In this document: piece by piece, positions 23,850 to 33,454 of the stretch
Numbering within the stretch: position 1 is the first letter of the stretch
Layout of the letters: every line of letters starts with the position of its first letter
Assembly (NCBI GenBank): GCA_025558095.1
Contig: JAIVFI010000001.1
Coordinates: 496,001-560,000 of the forward strand
Length of the DNA stretch: 64,000 bases
Source: Hyaloraphidium curvatum SAG 235-1
Lineage: Eukaryota > Fungi > Monoblepharomycota
Direction: 5' to 3'
Notes under the pieces: generated by a model
The model's input: only the letters and a program-made list of their open reading frames with translations
Told to the model about the DNA's origin: nothing
The model's database searches: none
Program-made: the position numbers and the translations under genes

Positions 23850-25980
23850 TCAAGGACGGTGAGCCAGGAGCCGGCAGCAGGGATCCGGTTGACGTGGAGG
23901 CGGCCTTGGCCTGGGGGGAGCCGAGCTTGCGAACGGCCGCCTTGGCCTTCCGTTCCGCTTTGGCGGATTTGACGTCGATTTGCTGATACGGCTTGGCAAC
24001 CTTGTCCGGGTTTGTCCCTGCCACATCCTCCACGGGACGGCCCTTGCCTGCGTGCTTGGGGCCTGGGGCCATCGTAGGATCACCAACCGCGGATGCCCCA
24101 GCGGCCTCATCGGCCGTGTGCATGTCTTCGCTTGGTGCCTCCGAGTTCGAACCATCGCCCTCAGCAGAGGCTTCGGAGGCGGCGTCGTTTCCACCCGAGG
24201 CCTCAGAGCCGGTGGCATCCTCCTCCATCGCAGATTCCGTGCCCTCCATTGCGGGAGCAGCAAGCTCCAGATCCTCCAGCGCGGTATTGGCTGCAACCTG
24301 CTGTGCAGCACTGCTGATGGCGTTCTCAGCGGCCAGCTGGTCGGCACCACCCATGTCCTCGTCCCCATCCTTGTCAGCCGGCTCCAAAATGGGAAGACCA
24401 TGGAAATCCATCTTTTCGGCGGCGTCAGACTCCCCCCAATCGACCGAAGCACCGGCACCACCACCACCGAGTGCCGAAAACCTGTTGTGGGACGCCTTGG
24501 CCACTGGCTGGGCAAGAGCTGGGGGCGCAGAGCCTGCGCGCTTGCCGGACGGCCCAGCTGTAAGCCACTCGTTGGCCGCAGGGGCGGTGGGGGAAGCCAG
24601 ATGCGGAGGAACGACCTCTTCCCTCAGGGGGGGCAGCCGCGGGGTCGTGGCGGGCTCCACCGTTGGGGGAGAGAGCCGTACGTTGGCCGGGTTGTGAATG
24701 CAGTCCGCCTCGTGCGCACGGCGTGCTTGCGGGCTGGCAAAGGCGCCGGGATTCATGCGGTTGAGACCGTCTGGGCAGTAAGCACAGTTGGTGCACGTGG
24801 CATCGTCACCGACGTGGCCGCCCGTGCGCTTGCAGTGGCCGCACTGTCCGTTGCTACTGTCATAGCGGACAGCTGGGCGAAGGAGCTTGTGCTGGAGGAG
24901 TGTCCCCCACGAGTCAAGGAAGCAGTACGAGGGTGGGCCAATGCGTGCTGCGCGGTCAAAGAAGGCATCAACCCCGCACTGCGAGACGTCGAAAGTGACC
25001 CGCCAGAAGGCGTTGCTGTCGGTGCCCGAGATGGGAGCCGCTTCAATGACTTGGCAAGGGGCCCCATAGTGGTTCTGGAAAGTCGCGTAGAGGCGGGCCC
25101 ACCAGTCCGGGCACTCGTGCACCGAACCAGGGACGATCATGGGCCCGATCTTGAGCTCGGCGTGCGTGTCCTTGAAGACAGGGTGGATGCGCAGCCGACG
25201 CGTCGGGCCGTTTGGGAACTTGACCTCCAGCACCCCCTGCTCCACCAAGGCGTTGATAGCGTCTGCCCCGTCGACAGCACCAACAACACAGAAGAGGTCC
25301 AGTCGCGAGTACCGCGGGTTGTAGCCTCGCGTCTCGGTCGTGAAGACGGTGGTGGGGAAGGTCGCCTTCGCCACGGCTTCGGCGACGACGCGCCGTCGGT
25401 CCTTTGGCACACCGTTGAGGTCGATGAGGCAGTGGGGGACAGGCCCAATGAAGGCCGGCGTGTAGCCCCGACCGTTGGCGTGCGGTTGCACCCGATCGAT
25501 GAGCTTGGCGTAGTTGGTGGGCGCCGAGAAAGGCATGGCAGAAGCCAGATGCTCCGCCATCGCGCCGTCCGTGACACGAACAATCGGGCGGTCGGGCGAG
25601 GTGCGCGACGTTGCTGCGGCGAAAGAGCGAGACCCCAGGCGCGTGGCGGGGGCGGTTGCTTTCGGGAGACGATTCTGCGGAGCCGGCTCCTCCCGGGCGC
25701 CGCCGTTGGCGGACGCGGGGCGGATTTCAGTGGTCGATTCAGCAGCGTCCTCCTTAGAACCTGTCAGCTGAGCCGTAGCACCAGCGGGGGCCGGCGCGGG
25801 CTCCTCTGCCGCGCCAGGGAGGCGAGGAGAGGCAGCGACGCCGGGAGCGTGGGAAGAGTGGACGGGATTCGCAAGCGCCTCCGAGGAGGCCGCGGCGAGC
25901 GCAGGGGAGACCTTGCCATCAGGCAGGACCACGGGAGCGGCCGCATCATTGGGCCCCTGCCCTGTGTCAGGGGGGTCCAT
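23842..25980 (-). CDS. ORF1 gag-like nucleic-acid-binding protein (712 aa)
   Basis: RSFAAA and NRFSAL motifs typical of non-LTR ORF1s; knuckle CGHCKRTGGHVGDDATC and CAYC..HEADC finger; acidic tail. Confidence 0.8.
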   Translation of the reverse strand: MDPPDTGQGPNDAAAPVVLPDGKVSPALAAASSEALANPVHSSHAPGVAASPRLPGAAEEPAPAPAGATAQLTGSKEDAAESTTEIRPASANGGAREEPAPQNRLPKATAPATRLGSRSFAAATSRTSPDRPIVRVTDGAMAEHLASAMPFSAPTNYAKLIDRVQPHANGRGYTPAFIGPVPHCLIDLNGVPKDRRRVVAEAVAKATFPTTVFTTETRGYNPRYSRLDLFCVVGAVDGADAINALVEQGVLEVKFPNGPTRRLRIHPVFKDTHAELKIGPMIVPGSVHECPDWWARLYATFQNHYGAPCQVIEAAPISGTDSNAFWRVTFDVSQCGVDAFFDRAARIGPPSYCFLDSWGTLLQHKLLRPAVRYDSSNGQCGHCKRTGGHVGDDATCTNCAYCPDGLNRMNPGAFASPQARRAHEADCIHNPANVRLSPPTVEPATTPRLPPLREEVVPPHLASPTAPAANEWLTAGPSGKRAGSAPPALAQPVAKASHNRFSALGGGGAGASVDWGESDAAEKMDFHGLPILEPADKDGDEDMGGADQLAAENAISSAAQQVAANTALEDLELAAPAMEGTESAMEEDATGSEASGGNDAASEASAEGDGSNSEAPSEDMHTADEAAGASAVGDPTMAPGPKHAGKGRPVEDVAGTNPDKVAKPYQQIDVKSAKAERKAKAAVRKLGSPQAKAASTSTGSLLPAPGSPSLNA

Positions 25981-26129
25981 TCTGCCTCAGGGACGTGCGG
26001 CAGTTGGCGTGCTGGGCGTCCCAAGGGCTCTCAGAGTGCGGGCTCGGCGGACTGCACGCCGAAGCCGAAGCGACACGGAGAGTACGTGGGGGTTGGAGGC
26101 GACCAAGATTCTTCGATTACATGTCCCGC

Positions 26130-26230
26130 GCTTTTATATAGGCAAGGCGGAGTCGACGCCGTCGACGCCGTCGACGCCGTTGCGACGCCGTTGCGACGCC
26201 GTCCCGACTGCGCAGCACTGCTGCGCAGTC
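26130..26230 (-). promoter_or_regulatory. Internal promoter: TATA box, GTCGACGCC tandem array and 25-bp palindrome
   Basis: Minus strand reads CCTATATAAAAG about 150 bp before the ORF1 ATG. (GTCGACGCC)3(GTTGCGACGCC)2 lies at ~26152-26200 and GACTGCGCAGCA-C-TGCTGCGCAGTC at 26206-26230. Confidence 0.65.
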
Positions 26231-26248
26231 GCCCTTAGCCGACTCGCC

Positions 26249-26805
26249 CTAGTTGAAGTCGATAGAAATAGAAGTTAAAACGTCCTGTACCTTCGCACGC
26301 CCCCACCCAAACAGGGCCGAGGTCGACTTGTAAGGCACCGGGGTGATGTCGGCGTAGAGATTGACCTGACCGTCCTCCTGCGACACGACCGAGGACGCGA
26401 CGCTGATGCTGTCGTCCGAGGACACCAGGTCTTCGTCCCGAACGCGGCTGACGGGGGTAGATGTCGCCTCCGGCATCCGCACACGAGCCGAGGTGGCGGT
26501 CGCCGACGCCGAAGAAGAAGTTGAGGGCGTCGGAGGGCCTTGCGTCCGGGCGGCGGCTGCCCGAGCTTGCTTCTCCTCCGCGCGGTGCGCAGTGTAGTCG
26601 TTGAACAGCGCCTGCAGCAGCGTGTGGTGCTTGACCCCGGTGGAGATAACCCGTCCGGAGAGGCCGAGGATCTGTGCGGAGACCGTCGAGATGCGGTTCT
26701 CGCCGGTGTCGGCACGCTTGACCAGCGAATCCAGGATCTTGCGGTCCGAGTCCATCGACGCCGTCAGACGGGTTGAAAAGGCGTCGAACGCGTCGGCGAG
26801 GGCGA
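26249..26805 (-). pseudogene. 3' part of a coiled-coil ORF truncated by the LTR element
   Basis: Open frame ALADAFDAFSTRLTASMDSDRKILDSLVKRADTGENRISTV... starts exactly at the LTR edge and shows a heptad-like pattern. Confidence 0.6.
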
Positions 26806-26936
26806 TGTAACGCGCCGGCGTCGGGGCAAGGGGGACGGTGGTCCCCGGCGAGGGAAGACTAGGCGCAGTGCTGTGTAGTGACTCCTCAACGTCGTCAACA
26901 CAGGTCTTTACGGGTCCCCCGCGCCCCGTCCTGACA
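26806..26936 (+). repeat. 5' LTR (131 bp)
   Basis: TGTAACGCGCC...GTCCTGACA, repeated at 32154-32284. Confidence 0.97.
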
Positions 26937-27001
26937 GTTTGACGACGTTCCAACCCTGAATCCACGTTTCCCGTTCCCCGTGACCTCGCCCTCGGTGCAG
27001 C

Positions 27002-28195
27002 ATGGCTGGCGCCGACGCTCTCCGCGATCTCCTCTCCGCGACCCCGGACCCCCAGACTCCCGTCGAAGTCCTTATCGAGCGCGAAAGGGTTTTCCTTGAT
27101 ACCCTCGAGCCGCAGGAGCGTGCTGCTTTCGTCAGCTTCTTGGACGCCCTCGGCGACGCTCAGCCCGAGTTCATCGCGCTCCCGATCCGTGCCCAAGTCG
27201 CCACCTACCGCGCTTCCCAAGCAACCCACGTCGCGCAGCACGCTCCTCTGTCTGCTCCGATTTCGGTGTCCGCCGCTGCGCTCACGGACGCGTTTGTCGG
27301 CTCTGTCGCGCGCATGGGGTTCCTGCCCCAGCACGCCGCTGCTGCCCCAACCGCGAAACCGATCAACGTGCCTACCCCGGACAAGTTCGACGGGACCGAT
27401 CACGCACGCACCCGTTACTTCATGATGCAGGTCGACAACGCGCTCGAGCTCAAGCCGGAGCTTGCCTCGGACGCCCAAAAGATCGCGTTCTTCAGTCTGC
27501 TTCTCAAGGGCGATGCGCTCCGCTGGTTTGCTGCCCAGCAGAGCAGCTCCGGGACGATTGCGCCCTCGTGGATCTCGCTTCGCGAGGAGTTTCTCTCTAC
27601 CTTTCAGATGCCACTTCGACACACTTCCGCCGTCAATGCGCTCCATGCACTCGTCCAGAAGCCCGGGCATCTGGCCGAATACGCAGTCGAATTTGAAAGC
27701 TTGAAGCCGGATGTCGAGGGCTACAGTGATGCCACGTTCATGGATATGTTCCTGGCTGGCCTCTCCGCGGAGATCGTGAACCAGATGGGCCAGCATTCGA
27801 AGCCCAGCACGTACCAGGAAGCGAAGAAGATCGCATTTGCTGCTCAAGTTCGCCTCTCCGAGCAGCAAGCTGCGCTGCGCAAAGCTCGGAGCCGCGACCG
27901 GCCCACCTCTGGGTATCCCTACCCCGGAGCGATGCAGTCGGTGCCCATCGGATCGCATGTCTCTCCGGCAGCTCCTTCCGCAAGTGCTTCCGGCCCCGTG
28001 CCGATGGTGCTGGGCTCCGCGTCTGCATCTGGCCAGCCGGGCGGGGCTTCAGGCTCGGCGTCCTCAGGGTCGCGCGCCAAGCTGACGCCGGAGGAGCGCC
28101 AGCGCCGCCTTCGCGAGGGGCTCTGCATTTACTGTGGTCAGCCCGGTCACGTCAAGGCCTTTTGCCCCGCCAAGTCTGCATCGTCGTCTTTTTGA
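27002..28195 (+). CDS. gag: Gag (capsid + CCHC zinc knuckle)
   Basis: PDKFDG, LLKGDALRWF, CIYCGQPGHVKAFC. Confidence 0.95.
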   Translation: MAGADALRDLLSATPDPQTPVEVLIERERVFLDTLEPQERAAFVSFLDALGDAQPEFIALPIRAQVATYRASQATHVAQHAPLSAPISVSAAALTDAFVGSVARMGFLPQHAAAAPTAKPINVPTPDKFDGTDHARTRYFMMQVDNALELKPELASDAQKIAFFSLLLKGDALRWFAAQQSSSGTIAPSWISLREEFLSTFQMPLRHTSAVNALHALVQKPGHLAEYAVEFESLKPDVEGYSDATFMDMFLAGLSAEIVNQMGQHSKPSTYQEAKKIAFAAQVRLSEQQAALRKARSRDRPTSGYPYPGAMQSVPIGSHVSPAAPSASASGPVPMVLGSASASGQPGGASGSASSGSRAKLTPEERQRRLREGLCIYCGQPGHVKAFCPAKSASSSF

Positions 28196-31100
28196 AACGC
28201 CAGCTCGGATTCCGGGGCACCTCCGACGCTGGCGATGCCAATACAAGTCTTCAGTTTTCCCGTGCCCCTTGCTTGGCGGCGTCTTCCGGGCGGCCGCCAT
28301 TTCCTCTGCTCCGGTCCGACCCGGTTCCTTCCTTCGTCATTCCCGTGCGCATCGTGCTTCCGGACGGCCGGCTTCGGATCGTGGACGCACTCGTGGACTC
28401 CGGCGCCGACGCCTGCTTCATGGACGAGGCTTTCGCGCGCTGCGTTGGATACTCGTGCTTGCAGCGCTCCACGCCTTTCGGGCTCGACGTGGTGGACGGG
28501 CGGCCTATTTCGTCGGGCGACGTCACCCAGGAGACGGAGCCCGTCGCACTGACAGCCGATGGCATTACCGTCGGAGTCAGCTTCAACATCATCAGCACGT
28601 CGATTCCGGTCGTTCTCGGACTCTCGTACCTCGAGTTCGTGAACGCGGCGCTCGATTGGTCCCGTCGATCCCTGCGGATCCCTCGCCCGTTCGCACAGGG
28701 AGTTTCCCCGCCGTTGAGCGCGCCTAAGGCTCCGGCGGCGGATCAGGAACCGCCAAAGACAAGCCCGGCTGAAGGCGCCAGCCGGGCGGCCCCGGTGGAC
28801 GTATCCGTCTCTGCCGGTGGATGTCTCCCAGCTGCTGACCCCGCCTCCAGCCAGGCCAGCGACCGGACCATCCTCGAGGACATCACGGAGTCCGAATACC
28901 CACACACGGCTTCTTTTTCGGCTTCCATGGGATCGGGCGACGCAGGCAGACCTCCGCAGGCCGTCCCCTTGGGCCGCGGGGTCGACGAACAACCGCCGAG
29001 GCCAACCCCGGCCGATGGGACCGGTCGGGGCGCGCCTCCGGAAGTACCTCCGCCTCCGCCGCCTAAGGTGAAGATCGCTAATCTCTCGGCGCGCCAGTTT
29101 GTCGCCGAGATGCGTCGCGAGCGCAAGGACGCACAGATCTTCGTCGCCATGGTCTCCGACCCCGCCGCGCGCGCTGCAAGCGCGGCCGCCGCCGAGCCCA
29201 CGGTCCCATCGCAGTACGCCGACTTCGCGGACGTCTTCGACCCGGACAAGCCTGCATCGTCACTGCCGCCGCATCGTCCCGGTTTCGATTGCGCAATCGA
29301 ACTCGAAGAAGGGGCAGTCCCTCCTTCTGGACGTCTCCACGGCCTCTCCGAAGTCGAATCCGAGGCACTCCGGAAGCACATCGAAGAGCTTTCCGCATCG
29401 GGGCGTCTCCGCCCTTCGGATTCTCCGAGCGGGGTTCCAGTCATCTTTGCAAAGAAGAAGGACGGCGGGCTTCGCGTCTGCGAGGATTACCGCGGTCTCA
29501 ACCGGATCACGAAGCGAGACCGCTACCCGATCCCGCTCATTTCCGACCTTCTGGACCGCCTCTCCCGTGCCAAGATCTTCACCAAGCTGGATCTCCGCGA
29601 AGCCTACCGTCAGATTCGCGTCCGCGAAGGAGACGAGTGGAAGACGGCTTTCCGCACCCGCTACGGCCAGTTCGAGTACCTCGTCATGCCCATGGGCCTC
29701 ATGAATGCGCCGGCCATCTTCCAGCGCTTCATGCACAGCATCTTCCATGACGTACTCGACATCTTCGTCGCGATCTACCTCGACGACATCTTGATCTTCT
29801 CAGAGAACGAAGCCGATCACACGGGGCATGTGCGCCAGGTTCTGCAGCGCCTCCGGGACAACCACCTGTACGCGAAGCTCTCCAAGTGTTCGTTCGATGT
29901 TACGACCGTCGAGTACGCCGGGTTCATCGTGGGCGACGGCAAGGTCATCATGGACCCCTCCAAGGTCGAGTCCATCACCTCATGGCCCGAGCCTGCGACC
30001 CTTCGCCAGCTCCAAAGCTTCCTCGGCTTTGCCAACTTCTACCGCTGCTTCATCAAGGACTACGCGCAGATCACACTTCCGCTCACGGACCTCACTAAGC
30101 TCAAGCCGGGCGATCCGTTCCGTTTCACGCCGGAAGCTCGCGCAGCCTTCGATGCGCTCAAATCCGCTTTCACTTCGGCTCCGTTCCTGCGTAACGCCGA
30201 TCCAGCCGTTCCGTACACAGTTGAGGCAGATGCTTCCGACTTCGCCCTCGGAGCCGTGCTGTCGCAGCCCGCCCCCAACGACGGGCTTATGCATCCCGTG
30301 GCGTTTCATTCCCGGAAGTTCCAGCCGGCGGAGATCAACTACCCGATCTACGACAAGGAGCTACTCGCAGTTGTCGACGCGTTCAAGGCGTGGCGGCGAT
30401 ACCTCGAGGGTAGCCCGCATAAAGTCGACGTCTTCACGGACCACAAGAACCTGGAGTACTTCATGAAGCAGCAGATGCTCAATCGCCGTCAGGCTCGATG
30501 GGCCATGACCCTCGCGGGCTACGACTTTGTTTTGAAGCATCGACCCGGCACCGATCAAGTCGTCGCCGACGCGCTTTCTCGCCGCTCCGACTACGTTCCG
30601 GGCAACTTCGACGATGTCTCTACGCAACAGCGCGTCACGCTCCTCGGGCCGCACCTGGTCGCAGCGCTCCACGCGACTTCGTTGGATTTCCTGGACATGA
30701 TCCGTCGCGATACGGCCAAGGACCCATTCGCCCGTCGCATTATCGCTCTTCTGGAGGCTCACGACGCGTCCGTTTCTCGTTTCCATCTTCTCGATGGCGT
30801 TCTCTACCGCGACGGTCTCATCTTCGTGCCGGTCGGCAAGTCTCGGACGGAGCTTCTCCGAACCCGTCACGATGCCGTTACTGCCGGCCACTTCGGAATT
30901 CGCAAGACTGTGGAGCTCATATTGCGAGATTTTTGGTGGCCGCGTGTTTGGGACACCGTCGCCCGCTACATTCGGAGCTGCGAGACGTGCACGCGAACCA
31001 AGGCCCCGCGCCATGCCCCGCACGGCCTTCTCCAGCCACTTCCAATCCCGGACGGACCTTGGCGTTCGATCAGTATGGACTTCGTCACCGACCTGCCCCA

Positions 31101-32226
31101 GTCCGAGGGATTCGACGCCGTGCTCGTCGTGGCCGATCGGTCGACCAAGCAGGCTCATTTCGCTGGCGCGCGGAAGGACTTCTCCGCCGACGACACCGCT
31201 CGGCTCTTCCTTCGCGAAATATTCCGCCTCCACGGCTTCCCCTTCGACATCGTCAGCGACCGCGGACCGCAATTCATCGCCAAATTCTGGGAAAGGCTTC
31301 TTGGACTCATGGACATCAAGCTTTACCGCTCCTCGGCCGCGCACCCCGAGTCGGACGGCCAGACGGAGCGCATCAATCAGATTTTGGAGCAGTACCTCCG
31401 GACCTACGTCAATTACGCCCAGGACGACTGGTTCAATCAGCTCCCGCTCGCCGAGTTCGCGTACAACAACTCGGTGCACGCCAGCATTGGCATGTCGCCT
31501 TTCCGCGCCAACTACGGTTACGACCCGCGAGCCGACGTTTTAGCACCCGACGCGCCGCGCGTTCCCGCCGCCGAGGAACGCATCCGGGAGCTTCGCGCCC
31601 TCCACGACGTCCTTCGCGAGAACTTCCAGCGGGCCCAGGAACGCTACAAAGACTCCGCAGACGTCAGTCGTGAGGATGCTCCCGTTTTCCGCGTCGGCGA
31701 CCGTGCTTGGCTATCGGCGCGCAATATTCGTACGCGTCGACCGTCTCGCAAGCTCGACATTCGCTACCTCGGGCCCTACCGCATTAAGGAGCAGATCAAT
31801 CCCGTTGCGTTTCGATTGGATCTTCCGCCCACGATGGGCATTCATGACGTTTTTCACGTCTCGCTTCTCGAACCCTATACTCCCTCGGACACCGCCGATT
31901 TTCCCGGCCGCGTCGCAGAGACTCCACCCCCGGACATCATTGACGGCAAACCCGAGTACGAGGTTAACCAGATCCTGGATTCCCGCCGATTCCGCAATCA
32001 CTTGCAGTACTTGGTGGACTGGAAGGACTTTCCTCCATCGGAGCGCTCATGGGAACCGTGGGAGCACCTCCAGCACGCCCCCGACGCCGTTACCGACTTT
32101 CACCGCCGCTTTCCGGACAAGCCGGGTCCTACGCGGCGGTTGGGGGGGGGTGATGTAACGCGCCGGCGTCGGGGCAAGGGGGACGGTGGTCCCCGGCGAG
32201 GGAAGACTAGGCGCAGTGCTGTGTAG
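28190..32226 (+). CDS. pol: Pol: protease, RT, RNase H, integrase, chromodomain (-1 frame relative to gag)
   Basis: LVDSGA, YLDD, DASDFALGAVL, H..AGH..C..C, SDRGPQF..DGQTE, GPY, chromodomain YEVNQILDSR..YLVDWK..WEP. Confidence 0.97.
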
Positions 32227-32284
32227 TGACTCCTCAACGTCGTCAACACAGGTCTTTACGGGTCCCCCGCGCCCCGTCCTGACA
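32154..32284 (+). repeat. 3' LTR (131 bp)
   Basis: Copy of 26806-26936, preceded by the PPT GGGGGGGGGTGA. Confidence 0.97.
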
Positions 32285-33143
32285 GGAGCCAGCTTGAGCC
32301 ATTCGGGTTGGTAGATCCGGGGGACACGTGTTCCTTCAGGTAGTCCACAATCCATGATCCGGGCACGCGGAGCAGGCAAAGGGCAATCCCAATAGGGCGC
32401 CCCGTGCCCGGGCGGCCCGGTTTGGAGAGCACGACACCGTTCATGGTGGAGATCCAGCTCCGCAGGGACGGCGCAAGGAAGGTGCCGGAGAAGACCAACT
32501 CAACACAATCTTGACCGGCGTGTGGAACCGTACCCGAGAGGCGTCACCACGGCAGCTGAACTGGCGCAGGAGGCGGCGATAGGCCACGCCGTCGACGCCC
32601 TTGCCCGTCGTGCCCAGCAGCAGGAGGTCGTACAGCTTGACCCGTGTCTCCTCGTCATCGGCGCCCGGGAAGGCGTCGGTGATGGTAGCGGCAGCGGGCA
32701 GATCCGGGACGTCGTGATCCCCATACGGCTCCCGGTGGTTAAGGCGGCCCATCTCCGCCTCAGACCCACGGCTCGTTGGGGTCCAGGACCTCCACGTCGC
32801 TCGACAACCGATCGGCGGCCAGGCCCGGGAAGCCGGGACCTGCAAACTGCAGCGCCGAGGAGACCCGATCGAGGCGCCGAGCCTGCTTGGCTTGGTAGCC
32901 CGGCCGAGACTGGAGGTGTGTGAGCATGCCGGCGCGCGAAAAGACGCGGCGCTTCGCGCACTCGTGAAACGTGGTGTTCAGGTCCGAAAGGTACTTTGCG
33001 GCGGCCTCGATCGCGGCGGCGCCCTCGTCCGAACGAGAGGCACGGTGGGCCTCGCCGGCGCACACGAGACCTTCCCACGCCAGCGCACAATGGCCGTCAA
33101 AAGTCGCCATGGTCATGCGGTCCGGCCACAGCGAACGGCTCAT
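32285..33143 (-). pseudogene. N-terminal fragment of a second, divergent CRE-type RT, truncated at the LTR
   Basis: GKGVDGV...VFSGTFLAPSLRSWISTMNGVVLSKPGRPGTGRPIGIALCLLRVPGSW aligns by eye with the intact RT segment GAGMSGF...VCTGRLDTPMLRPLLTDQILVPLLKPEGGLRPIGIMEGITRLAGSY. Two frame breaks. Confidence 0.7.
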
Positions 33144-33183
33144 GCATTGAAATAGGATCCGTCATGCATTGAAAAAGGATCCG
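33140..33183. repeat. 22-bp tandem duplication
   Basis: TCATGCATTGAAATAGGATCCG / TCATGCATTGAAAAAGGATCCG. Confidence 0.85.
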
Positions 33184-33454
33184 GCTCGCACCAAACCCGG
33201 TCAGCAGTCCCCCGACTTCACGCCGAAATTGCCGAGAAATCGACCGAACCACCGCGCCCCGGCACCGGGAGCCACGCCGGCGCGGCCCCGGACCCCCGCA
33301 GCACCATGTCAGCGTGGAAGACAGCGGCACCATCCGCCGCATCGTCCTGTGCTAGCTCCGCGTCCTTGGGATGCTCGATACGACGCTCGAGGAGAATGCC
33401 AGAGGCGTGCATCTCCTCGGCGAACTTGGCGGCGAGCTTGCGCGCTGCATGGTG

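Larger units (their letters stand above)
19047..26230 (-). mobile_element. Non-LTR retrotransposon, CRE-type (RLE), multi-ORF; may extend to ~33180
   Basis: ORF1 (gag-like) + middle ORF + RT/RLE ORF on one strand, intronless, with a TATA promoter upstream and a short 3' tail. Confidence 0.85.
26806..32284 (+). mobile_element. Ty3/gypsy chromovirus LTR retrotransposon (Tf1/sushi group), full length
   Basis: Two identical-looking 131-bp TG..CA LTRs, gag, pol (PR-RT-RH-IN-chromo), and a G-rich PPT before the 3' LTR. Confidence 0.98.

Noticed and set aside
20383-26238. Long plus-strand ORFs (709 aa, 752 aa) opposite the RT and ORF1
   Set aside because: Antisense shadows of GC3-rich coding sequence.
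26249-27958. 569-aa minus-strand ORF as one gene
   Set aside because: Chimera of antisense gag, the LTR and the truncated coiled-coil ORF. Only 26249-26805 is credible.
18969-33139. AGCGAACGGC at 18969 and 33130 as a TSD of the whole mobile block
   Set aside because: Only 10 bp and GC-rich, offset from the inferred 3' end, and inside the RT-fragment start. Likely chance.
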